Positions 8,015-16,511 of a DNA stretch of 26,232 nucleotides are shown in pieces. This DNA comes from a virus. Taxonomy: Duplodnaviria > Caudoviricetes. The position numbers were made by a program, and so were the translations under genes. The DNA lies in IMG/VR virus record IMGVR_UViG_3300042402_005809, positions 1 through 26,232 of that record; one strand, written 5' to 3'. Below the pieces are notes generated by a model that was not told the DNA's origin, did not search any database, and worked only from the letters and a program-made list of their open reading frames with translations. Every line of letters begins with the position of its first letter. The first letter of the stretch is position 1.

Positions 8015-8191
8015 ATGAGCAAAAAACGCGGAGTAGGCGCAGCAATTAAAGGCTTTGGTGCAGTATTTTCTGAAACAACCGAGCAGGCTAAGAAGCCTGA
8101 AAAGGTTGATGTGAACTTTGATGCACAAAAAGTTCATGGCACAGTAGATACCCCTAAAGACAAGCGTATCGCACAACCCACTAGTTGGTAA
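8015..8191 (+). CDS. Small hypothetical protein (MSKKRGVGAAIKG...)
   Basis: ATG at 8015 follows TAAGGAG and is in frame with track ORF 7904..8191. Confidence 0.65.
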   Translation: MSKKRGVGAAIKGFGAVFSETTEQAKKPEKVDVNFDAQKVHGTVDTPKDKRIAQPTSW

Positions 8192-8197
8192 TCCTTA

Positions 8198-8881
8198 ATG
8201 GCCACGTCAGGTACTACTACCTTTGACCTGGACATTGAGGAACTAATTACCGAAGCGTATGAACGCTGCGGTATTGAGACTCGCACGGGTTATGACCTAA
8301 AAACAGCTAGGAGGTCCTTGAATCTCCTGTTTTTAGATTGGGGTAGCCGCGGCTTAAATTTGTGGACAATTGAGGAGCGTACACGGGTACTCTCTCCAAA
8401 TGTTTACGAATACACCCTTCCAACGGATACTATTGACGTTTTATCGGCGGTGGTTCGGTCTCCACAAAGTCCTGGTCAAAACATTGACATTACGTTAAAT
8501 CGTTTTAGCCAAGCGGAATGGCTGCATACTCCTAATAAGACAGGGACACTAGGCCGTCCTGCCCAGTTTTATTATCAGCATACAAACCAGCCAAAGGTCT
8601 TTTTCTTCCCTTGCCCGGATAACTCACAGCCATATACTTTTGTTTACTATGCGATCAGACGAATTCAAGACGCTGGTGGTTTCGTTAACACCGCTGATGT
8701 TAACTTTAAGTTTTTACCGTGCTTGGTCTCTGGCTTGGCTTATTTTATTGCAATGAAAAAAGCTCCAGATCGAATCCAGCTTTTAAAGCAAATCTATGAA
8801 GAGGACTTTAAGCGGATTGCTGATTTTGATCGAGACCGTGCTAGCTACTATGCTGTGCCAGATACAAGGTTGAACTACTAA
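8198..8881 (+). CDS. Putative head-tail adaptor/connector protein
   Basis: MATSGTTTFDLDIEELITEAYERCG…ARRSLNLL…GRPAQFYY…FLPCLVSGLAY has a helical adaptor-like layout. Located after the head genes. Confidence 0.65.
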   Translation: MATSGTTTFDLDIEELITEAYERCGIETRTGYDLKTARRSLNLLFLDWGSRGLNLWTIEERTRVLSPNVYEYTLPTDTIDVLSAVVRSPQSPGQNIDITLNRFSQAEWLHTPNKTGTLGRPAQFYYQHTNQPKVFFFPCPDNSQPYTFVYYAIRRIQDAGGFVNTADVNFKFLPCLVSGLAYFIAMKKAPDRIQLLKQIYEEDFKRIADFDRDRASYYAVPDTRLNY

Positions 8882-9210
8882 TGGCTTATGCACAGGGAAG
8901 GCTCGCCTGGGGTGCTTGTGATCGCTGCGGACAGCGATTCTTGCTTAATTCGCTCCGTAAAGAGTGGCAGGGATTAAAAACCTGCCAATATTGCTATGAG
9001 CCGAAACACCCCCAGCTTGAGCCACGCCGTAATGTGTCGGATGCTATTGCGTTACAAGAGCCTCGCCCAATCCCAGATGATACTTACAACGTGTATATCG
9101 GGCAGGTAGGGGCTAGTTCTTTTGGATCTGTTGGGATGGTCCCAGATCAAGTGGCTGCCCCAACTGCAGCTACCTCATACACTGGAACAATAAAGGCGCT
9201 TGCACTCTAA
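8881..9210 (+). CDS. Hypothetical protein with putative zinc ribbon
   Basis: CDRCG…CQYC pair followed by YEPKHPQL. TAATG coupling on both sides. Confidence 0.7.
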   Translation: MAYAQGRLAWGACDRCGQRFLLNSLRKEWQGLKTCQYCYEPKHPQLEPRRNVSDAIALQEPRPIPDDTYNVYIGQVGASSFGSVGMVPDQVAAPTAATSYTGTIKALAL

Positions 9211-9635
9211 TGGCTATTACCCAAACCCAGACCACCTCGTTTAAACGGGAATTGTACGAAGGCGTACACAATTTCTTGACCGACACGTTCAAGATTGCCT
9301 TGTATACCCCAGACGCGGTATTAGGTCATGACACAACTGTATATACAACCGTGGGCGAAGTGGTTGGAGCGAACTATACCGCCGGAGGCCTAACTCTAAG
9401 CGGCGCGACTATTAGTACCGCTCTTAACACCGCTTACATAACCTTTAACAGCCCCATAACCTGGACAAGCGTGACGTTTACGACCAGGGGAGCCTTAATT
9501 TATAATGCTAGTAAAGGCAATAAAGCGGTTGCGGTCTATGATTTTGGTCAAAACATGAACCCAGGTTTAACCGCTGTATTAAACCTAGTACTTCCCAATA
9601 ACACAGCAGATGAAGCCCTAATTCGGGTACTGTAG
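9210..9635 (+). CDS. Virion structural protein, paralogue of 10573..11007
   Basis: MAITQ…FK.EL.EG.H.F…DTFKIALYT…RGALIYN…KAVAVYDFG. Confidence 0.75.
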   Translation: MAITQTQTTSFKRELYEGVHNFLTDTFKIALYTPDAVLGHDTTVYTTVGEVVGANYTAGGLTLSGATISTALNTAYITFNSPITWTSVTFTTRGALIYNASKGNKAVAVYDFGQNMNPGLTAVLNLVLPNNTADEALIRVL

Positions 9636-9643
9636 GAACGAAC

Positions 9644-10285
9644 ATGAACTACACCCAGCTTGCTAGCGCTATTTCTCAATACACCGAAAACTTTGAGACA
9701 GACTTTGTCGCAAATATCCCTGTATTTGTGGAGCAAGCAGAGCAGCGCATTTACAACACTGTGCAGCTGCCTGAGTTGCGCCGTAACCAAATTGGTAATA
9801 CAACCGCTAACAATAAGTATTTATCCCTGCCCCCAGACTACCTTTCAACGTACTCGCTTGCTGTAATTTTGTCAGGAACGACCGGCCCACAAGAGTTTTT
9901 GCTAAACAAGGATGTTAATTACATTCGCCAGTGCTACCCTAATCCTAACGATTTAGGGGTGCCTAAGTTTTATGCACAATTTGATGCAAATACCTTTATT
10001 TTGGGCCCTACCCCAGACGCTACTTACCAGGTAGAACTTCATTATTACTACTACCCAGAGTCCATCGTAACGAATGGAACCAGCTGGCTTGGGGATCACT
10101 TTGATTCTGTGCTGCTTTACGGCAGCCTAGTTGAAGCATATACTTTCATGAAAGGTGAACAGGACTTATTGAACCTGTATAACACTAAGTTTGGGGAAGC
10201 CTTGACCTTGTTGAAACGTTTGGGTGATGGCTTAGATAGACAAGATGCCTATCGTAGTGGGCAAGTAAGGGTACAGGTAAATTAA
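9644..10285 (+). CDS. Putative second adaptor / tail tubular A-like protein
   Basis: MNYTQLASAI…FVEQAEQRI…G.PKFYA…GPTPD…LLYGSLVEAY.FMKG. Assignment rests on layout and position. Confidence 0.6.
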   Translation: MNYTQLASAISQYTENFETDFVANIPVFVEQAEQRIYNTVQLPELRRNQIGNTTANNKYLSLPPDYLSTYSLAVILSGTTGPQEFLLNKDVNYIRQCYPNPNDLGVPKFYAQFDANTFILGPTPDATYQVELHYYYYPESIVTNGTSWLGDHFDSVLLYGSLVEAYTFMKGEQDLLNLYNTKFGEALTLLKRLGDGLDRQDAYRSGQVRVQVN

Positions 10286-10286
10286 G

Positions 10287-10571
10287 ATGCAAGTTACAGG
10301 ACAGATGGGGTTAGGGCAGCTTGAGGTTAAAACAACCAACGGGCGGGGCTTTACTCCTGAAGAGTTGGCTGAGGGAGCCCTTAACCGGATCCTATACGTC
10401 GGGGAAACCGTCCATCCTGTAATTCGTGACCAGGCGGTGGCGTTTAAAGAGCATATTCGCCACATCCTCGTGCACTACATGAAAGAAGCAATCAAGTCGG
10501 ATCGAACCACCTTGGCTAGCACCCTTAAAGCAGCAGGACACCCCGAACTAGTTAAATTATTGGAGAATTAA
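10287..10571 (+). CDS. Conserved hypothetical protein
   Basis: 94-aa ORF filling the operon (TTNGRGFTPEELAE…IRDQAVAFK…SDRTT). Confidence 0.7.
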   Translation: MQVTGQMGLGQLEVKTTNGRGFTPEELAEGALNRILYVGETVHPVIRDQAVAFKEHIRHILVHYMKEAIKSDRTTLASTLKAAGHPELVKLLEN

Positions 10572-10572
10572 C

Positions 10573-11007
10573 ATGGCTATTACCCAAGCTATTTGCAACA
10601 CATTCAAACAGCAGCTCTTCGAAGGTATTCATGACTTTGAAAACCCAGGCGGAGACACCTTCTATTTAGCGTTATATACGTCTGCGGCTACCATTGGCGC
10701 TGGCACGACTGTATATACAACTTCCGGCGAAGTTTCCTCTGTTGGAACTAACTATCCTGCTGGCGGCGGAGCATTAATCAGCGCTGGCGTTGCGCTATCG
10801 GGTAATACGGCATTTTTAGATTTCGCTGATTTGACCTTCCCGAACGTTACTTTGACAGCCCGTGGGTGCTTAATTTATAACTTTACCGAGACTAATAAGT
10901 CGGTTGCTGTATTTGACTTTGGCTCTGATAAGACTGCTACGGACGGTGACTTTACCGTTATTTTCCCACCACCAGCAGCGGCTACCGCTGTTATTCGCCT
11001 GGTGTAA
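10573..11007 (+). CDS. Virion structural protein, paralogue of 9210..9635
   Basis: MAITQAICNTFKQQLFEGIHDF…TARGCLIYN…VAVFDFGSDKTATDGDFTVIFP. RBS GGAG. Confidence 0.75.
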   Translation: MAITQAICNTFKQQLFEGIHDFENPGGDTFYLALYTSAATIGAGTTVYTTSGEVSSVGTNYPAGGGALISAGVALSGNTAFLDFADLTFPNVTLTARGCLIYNFTETNKSVAVFDFGSDKTATDGDFTVIFPPPAAATAVIRLV

Positions 11008-11010
11008 TAG

Positions 11011-11394
11011 ATGGCGTTAGTGCTATCTGACCGCGTAAGAGAGGTTAGTACCTCTTCGGGGCTAGGCAGCTTTACGCCTTCTGGGGCTTTTACTGGGTAT
11101 ACCACCTTTGCCGCAGCTATTGGCGCAGGGAACACAACGTATTACACTATTACAAATGACTCACTGGCACAGTGGGAAGTTGGTGTGGGCACCTTTAATG
11201 GCACCGTAATTAGTCGTGATTTAGTGCTTACAAGTTCGGCCCCGGCTAACGCGAAAGTAGATTTTGGACCGGGTAGCAAAGAAGTATTTTGTACTTTACC
11301 TGCTGAGCGAGCGGTTTATAATAACGCTGATGGCAGTCTTGTTTATGACCCAGCTGGGTCAGCTATTATTTATGCGATTGCACTAGGCGGCTAA
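11011..11394 (+). CDS. Short fibre-anchor/adaptor-like structural protein
   Basis: MALVLSDRVREVSTSSG…WEVGVGT…KEVFCTLPAERA resembles an N-terminal fibre attachment domain. Ends in YAIALGG. Confidence 0.6.
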   Translation: MALVLSDRVREVSTSSGLGSFTPSGAFTGYTTFAAAIGAGNTTYYTITNDSLAQWEVGVGTFNGTVISRDLVLTSSAPANAKVDFGPGSKEVFCTLPAERAVYNNADGSLVYDPAGSAIIYAIALGG

Positions 11395-11395
11395 C

Positions 11396-11716
11396 ATGGC
11401 AAACTTTGTAAGTGTGACTACTAGAGATGTTGGTGGAACGGCCCTAACGATTTACACGGCGACCCAAAAAGGCGTTGTTATTGGCATTAATGTAACAAAT
11501 ATTTATGGCAGCGCTCTTCCGGTTAGCATTATTCACAGGCGCAGCGGTACTGACACATTTTTTGTACAGAACAAATACGTAGAACCGGCAGAAACTGCCG
11601 CTTTAATCGCTGGAAACAAACTCGTTGTGAATGCAGGCGACCAGCTTTTGGCTAATACCTATACAGGTATTACTAATGCGTTTGACGTAATTATATCTGC
11701 TTTGGAAGGGGTCTAA
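11396..11716 (+). CDS. Small beta-sandwich putative virion protein
   Basis: 106 aa, …GNKLVVNAGDQL…FDVIISALE. Tightly packed in the operon. Confidence 0.65.
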   Translation: MANFVSVTTRDVGGTALTIYTATQKGVVIGINVTNIYGSALPVSIIHRRSGTDTFFVQNKYVEPAETAALIAGNKLVVNAGDQLLANTYTGITNAFDVIISALEGV

Positions 11717-11717
11717 A

Positions 11718-11951
11718 ATGGCAGGCTTTCACGAAGGCACAGATTTAGCAAACAAAACTTTTTATGGATTTAAGTTAATTCAATCTACGGGGGATCTAAA
11801 TGTTGATGTTATTAACGATGGATCTACTGTATCATTACCCCAACCCGGTTATATAATTGGGCCTAATGAGTATGTAAATTGGATTTGGTCAACCAGTACC
11901 TATCAGTTCCGTTGGGGAGCTAAAGGTCATTTAGAGATGGTGTTCGTATGA
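11718..11951 (+). CDS. Small hypothetical protein
   Basis: 77-aa ORF with an ATGA overlap into the large fibre gene. Confidence 0.65.
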   Translation: MAGFHEGTDLANKTFYGFKLIQSTGDLNVDVINDGSTVSLPQPGYIIGPNEYVNWIWSTSTYQFRWGAKGHLEMVFV

Positions 11952-14900
11952 CGACAATTGTAGACTTAGGCAAATTACGTTTTTATTGGGCCGGTAACTA
12001 TAACCCACTTACTGAATATGAGCTAAACGATGTAGTTCGCTACGGGGGTAACGTTTATGTTTACACCAATGTAGTTAAAAGTATTGGCAATGAGCCTACT
12101 GACCCAGCTTTCTGGGCATTAATGGTTGAAGGTATCAACTTTATTGGTGCTTGGAATCCTGCAACTCAATACTATATTGGCGACGCTGTTGCCTATGGCT
12201 CAACTGTTTATGTATCGTTAGAAGATAACATTAATAAACAGCCAGACCTATTCCCCGCTGTTTGGTCGCAATTTATTGAAGGTATTCAGTACGAAGGCGT
12301 CTATAATCCGCTTACGACTTACCAGGCAAATGACGTAGTAACATATGGCCCTTCAGCCTATATTGCTAAACAAACAACAAGCAACAATTTACCAACAAAC
12401 ACCGTATATTGGGATCAGTTTGTTGAGGGTATTTCTCCCGAAGGCGTTTACAACAACGCTACCGCCTATGTACCAGGCAATATTGTTGCTTACGGAGCAA
12501 ACCTATATATTGCTATTGCAAACACAACAGGTAATATCCCAACCAACGCCACTTACTGGCAGCCTTTTGTTTCTGCGTTTCAAAACCGAGGTGCTTGGGC
12601 AACAGCGACCTTATACTATGTAAATGACCTAGTTCAGTTTGGTGCAAACACATATGCTTGCCAAATTCAAAATACTTCTGGAACTTTTGCTACTGACTTA
12701 GCCGCGGGTAAATGGTCTATTTTTGTTTCAGGTCTTCGCCAACGCGGAACTTGGACAACCGCTACTTTATACTTACCATACGATATTGTTGTTTATGGCG
12801 GCAACACATATTCTTGCGTAGTTCAAAACACTTCGGGAACTTTTGCTACCGATTTAGCTGCAGGTAAATGGCAAATATTTAACGGTGGTATCCGTTGGCG
12901 CGGAACTTGGGCCACTGCTACGCAATACTTAGTAAATGATATTGTCCGTAACGTAGGTTCTTCCTACATTGCCACCGAAGATTTTGTATCTGGCGCAAAC
13001 TTTAGTACTGAATTTGCTGCCGGTAAATGGGTTTTCTTTGCCCAAGGTGGAGACGATGTTCTGCCTGTTATTGGCGTCAATCAAGAAGGCTACTCTTTAT
13101 CGGTTGCTGCTGACGGGGCTACATTAGAGTGGTTAAATGCTAGCGGGTCACAAAACGTATTTTATGTTTCCCCCGACGGCGATGATGTAGCTAATCCCGG
13201 CACAAGTCTTGCATTGCCTTTTGCGTCTATTCAAGCTGCTGTTGCAGCAGTGCCAGCAGGCCAATCAGCAACAATTTTTGTTAAAACCGGTACATACTTA
13301 GAGGCAGCTCTTCCAATCATTGTTCCGCCTAGCGTTGCTATTGTTGGAGATAACCAGCGTACTGTTACTGTTTCCCCTGCAGCAGGCTTAGCTGCTGACG
13401 GAATTACGCCAAATAACCAAGCAACCATGTTCTTGATGTCCAACGCATCTATTCTTAATAAGATGACGTTTACTGGCATGACTGGTTGGGTTCCAGGTGG
13501 CACTCCTGGGGACATTAGAACTTCAACACCTAAGGGTATTGTTGTTGCATTAAATCCTGCGTCTCCTGTAACAACTAAGTCGCCCTATATCCTAGAGTGC
13601 TCTGCGATTGGCTCTGGGTGTATTGGTGCCCTAGTTGACGGAACGGTTCAAGCTTCAGGCTACAAATCAATGCTGTTCCACGGATACACAGTGATTGCCG
13701 ATAATGGCGTTGGCTTCTGGGTACGAAACGGTGGACGTGGCGAAATTGTATCGTGCTTTACATACTACGCTTACTTTGGTTACTCCTCATCTGGCGGTGG
13801 TGTCATTCGCTCGCTGAATGGTAATAACTCTTATGGTACGTGGGGCGCAGCATCTTTTGGATTTTTGGCTTCAGAAACACCACTTACCGGTGCAATTTAC
13901 GGTAAACAGCTAACAGTTACGACCGATCCAATTACAACAGGTTTCGCTGCAGGCTCTACAATCACAGGTTTGACTTCCGGTGCAACCGGGGTAGTTACGA
14001 ACCTGCAAGCAAATGCTGCGAAGATTTACTATAACCAAACCTCTGTGGCTAACTTCCAGGTCGGTGAAACGATTAATGACGGCCTTGGTAATACGTTAGT
14101 GATTGACGTCGGTGGAGTATCTGATCAAAAAGGATACTTGTTGGTTGCAGATGGTTTTTCTGCAGCCCCACAACCAGGCGCAAGTATTCAAATTGCCGGA
14201 GACTCAAGTGCATATGTAATTCAATCAGTATCTGGAACATGGGTTAACTCAAGCAGCGTTTTGAGCCTTGCTCTTGCACAGGAAAAAATAACTGCTTCCC
14301 CTGATAATGCCGCAATTACAATTCGGTACAACTATAGCCAGATTCGTTTAACTGGTCATGACTTCTTAAACATTGGTACTGGTGGTGTTACAACAACTAA
14401 CTACCCAGGCATACCAACACAGCCTCCTGCACAAGGTAATGAGGTTAACGAGGATCTCCCAGGACGTGTCTACTACGTATCTACAGACCAAGACGGTAAC
14501 TTCCGCGTTGGTGAGTACTTCCGAGTAGACCAAGCTACTGGTACAGCAACTCTTAACGCTAACGCCTTTAACTTAGCGGGCTTGACATCTTTACGCCTCG
14601 GTTCTATTGGCGCCCAGTTAGGTGAAACAATTAACGAGTTTTCGTCCGACGCAACTTTAGGTGGAAACTCTAACCAGGCTGTACCTACTGAGTTTGCCGT
14701 TAAAGGATACGTCGATACCCGTGTACCCCAGCCAATACCAACGGCGGTGGGAAACACAGACTTATTCCTTAAGAGTACTGGTTCAGGTTTAGTGTTTGCA
14801 AGTGCTGGAGGGGGTAACTTCTCAACAAAAACAGCAAACTACACTGCGGTTTCAGGCGATGCGTTGTTTTGTAACACGTCTGCTGGATCGTTTACAGTAA

Positions 14901-15097
14901 CTTTACCTGCTACTCCCGCCGCAAACGACAGAGTTACGATTGTAGATTTAGCGGGGACATTTGCTTCATACCCTGTTACCGTGGGTCGGAATGGTCAATT
15001 AGTTATGGGTCTTGCCGAGGATATGATTTTAAACGTTGCTAATGCGTCTGTAACACTGGTTTACTCAGGTGCTACTTATGGATGGCGTTTAGTATAA
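11948..15097 (+). CDS. Large tail fibre/spike with N-terminal aromatic repeats and central beta-helix-like region
   Basis: Seven ~50-aa repeats of the form G.[WY]…Y…D.V.YG..Y…W. FYVSPDGDD…PFASIQAAV…IFVKTGTYLE is a typical entry to a pectin-lyase-like beta-helix. C-terminal domain ends SVTLVYSGATYGWRLV. Confidence 0.8.
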   Translation: MTTIVDLGKLRFYWAGNYNPLTEYELNDVVRYGGNVYVYTNVVKSIGNEPTDPAFWALMVEGINFIGAWNPATQYYIGDAVAYGSTVYVSLEDNINKQPDLFPAVWSQFIEGIQYEGVYNPLTTYQANDVVTYGPSAYIAKQTTSNNLPTNTVYWDQFVEGISPEGVYNNATAYVPGNIVAYGANLYIAIANTTGNIPTNATYWQPFVSAFQNRGAWATATLYYVNDLVQFGANTYACQIQNTSGTFATDLAAGKWSIFVSGLRQRGTWTTATLYLPYDIVVYGGNTYSCVVQNTSGTFATDLAAGKWQIFNGGIRWRGTWATATQYLVNDIVRNVGSSYIATEDFVSGANFSTEFAAGKWVFFAQGGDDVLPVIGVNQEGYSLSVAADGATLEWLNASGSQNVFYVSPDGDDVANPGTSLALPFASIQAAVAAVPAGQSATIFVKTGTYLEAALPIIVPPSVAIVGDNQRTVTVSPAAGLAADGITPNNQATMFLMSNASILNKMTFTGMTGWVPGGTPGDIRTSTPKGIVVALNPASPVTTKSPYILECSAIGSGCIGALVDGTVQASGYKSMLFHGYTVIADNGVGFWVRNGGRGEIVSCFTYYAYFGYSSSGGGVIRSLNGNNSYGTWGAASFGFLASETPLTGAIYGKQLTVTTDPITTGFAAGSTITGLTSGATGVVTNLQANAAKIYYNQTSVANFQVGETINDGLGNTLVIDVGGVSDQKGYLLVADGFSAAPQPGASIQIAGDSSAYVIQSVSGTWVNSSSVLSLALAQEKITASPDNAAITIRYNYSQIRLTGHDFLNIGTGGVTTTNYPGIPTQPPAQGNEVNEDLPGRVYYVSTDQDGNFRVGEYFRVDQATGTATLNANAFNLAGLTSLRLGSIGAQLGETINEFSSDATLGGNSNQAVPTEFAVKGYVDTRVPQPIPTAVGNTDLFLKSTGSGLVFASAGGGNFSTKTANYTAVSGDALFCNTSAGSFTVTLPATPAANDRVTIVDLAGTFASYPVTVGRNGQLVMGLAEDMILNVANASVTLVYSGATYGWRLV
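11981..13055 (+). repeat. Seven tandem ~49-52 codon repeats within the fibre gene
   Basis: Units 5 and 6 share QNTSGTFATDLAAGKW exactly, 52 codons apart. Confidence 0.8.
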
Positions 15098-15114
15098 TTT
15101 AAGGAACAATAGCT

Positions 15115-16500
15115 ATGTCAAGTCTTACCCAATTTACTGGCTTTAGGGATATACCGCTTACTCCAACATACTCAGAACCTGCTTTTTGTGTTTCTGGCTA
15201 TGGCCAACAGCCGATTTGGATGTACAACCAATCTAATCAGATGACTAATTACTATGATTGGGCTGGCGGAGAAATGGTAACAACCGGGAGTTATTTTAAC
15301 TCTAACTGGAGTAGCAGTGTATCAACAAATTCTACTTGGACTGTTGCTGGAACCACGCTAGCAAGTATGCACGGGCATTTATTTACCAGTGCTACTCCAA
15401 CAGTAGATTGCGGAAGTATTGCTGCTGGCGGTGCGTATCTTAACGGCAACAACCAAAACTCAGGCACGTATTACGGTTCTTTAAATAGTGTGTCTACCGG
15501 CGTTTGGGTAAACAAAACCAAAAGAGATAATCTGTGTATCCAGCGCGTTAATAACGGCACCAATTATGGCAGTTACTTATACTCTACCCAAATATCTACC
15601 TACGGATACGGGGCATACTTTTGCCCAATTACATCAACCCGGTCAATGACTGGATCAAGTGCTGAGGGTATAGCAAACGGGTATAACACAACAAGATCCT
15701 ATGGCACTGTTGGCTACAATGAAACAACCAAGATGTGGGTTATTGGCGCAAATGCCGCCGGTGGGTCTGGGGATACTTTCTATGTTTACAAAAATATTAA
15801 CCCACCGACAGTGGCTAACTGTAACAACGGCTCTTTCTGGAGTCAATTTAACCATGGAACTAAAATAACAGTTACTTTTAACTTTCCGTCGGTTAATGAA
15901 ACACTAGACTATCAACACTTTAAGTTAATTCCACTGGACAATGGCAACATTGCCATGATCTATAAAAACGCTCAGACTAGCATTAACTATAGATTATTTG
16001 TTGGCAACGCCGGGGTAGACTCAACCTCTTGGACAATGAACCCGTCGGACACAGCGACAGTGTCCACAACAACGTCATACCATAACTCTTCTTTTGCGCA
16101 GCATGATTTTTTACCAGTAATTGTGTCTAACGACGGACAGTACTTGTGTGTATTTACACAGTACTATTATTACCAGGCAGGTATTTGCGGCTTCTTTATT
16201 CGAGTCTCTGATGGCTCTGCCCGCATTATTTATTTTTCAGACTCTAGCTACGCATACAACCCAATTGCGATGCAAAAAAATGAGTTTTATGTGGGGTATG
16301 GTGTTAATGCCGACGGTGGTGCTGGCATGCAGTTTTTTAGGTATGACCCCGAATACCTATTTGCAACAACCGCTGCAAACACCGATGTAAGTGGCCTGTA
16401 TTCGTATATTGGAGTAGATTTGCCTTATACTTCAACACAGTACCCTATGGTGTGGACGCAACCAAGCTACTTGCCTAATTTTATTCGTGGCGTTTTTTAA
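15115..16500 (+). CDS. Putative receptor-binding/virion protein, paralogue A
   Basis: Tyr/Asn/Ser/Thr-rich 461 aa, collinear with 16512..17864. RBS AAGGA. Confidence 0.65.
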   Translation: MSSLTQFTGFRDIPLTPTYSEPAFCVSGYGQQPIWMYNQSNQMTNYYDWAGGEMVTTGSYFNSNWSSSVSTNSTWTVAGTTLASMHGHLFTSATPTVDCGSIAAGGAYLNGNNQNSGTYYGSLNSVSTGVWVNKTKRDNLCIQRVNNGTNYGSYLYSTQISTYGYGAYFCPITSTRSMTGSSAEGIANGYNTTRSYGTVGYNETTKMWVIGANAAGGSGDTFYVYKNINPPTVANCNNGSFWSQFNHGTKITVTFNFPSVNETLDYQHFKLIPLDNGNIAMIYKNAQTSINYRLFVGNAGVDSTSWTMNPSDTATVSTTTSYHNSSFAQHDFLPVIVSNDGQYLCVFTQYYYYQAGICGFFIRVSDGSARIIYFSDSSYAYNPIAMQKNEFYVGYGVNADGGAGMQFFRYDPEYLFATTAANTDVSGLYSYIGVDLPYTSTQYPMVWTQPSYLPNFIRGVF

Positions 16501-16511
16501 AGGATTAAATA

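Noticed and set aside
11981-13055. CRISPR-like array
   Set aside because: The repeats are degenerate, in-frame protein repeats without identical repeats or unique spacers.
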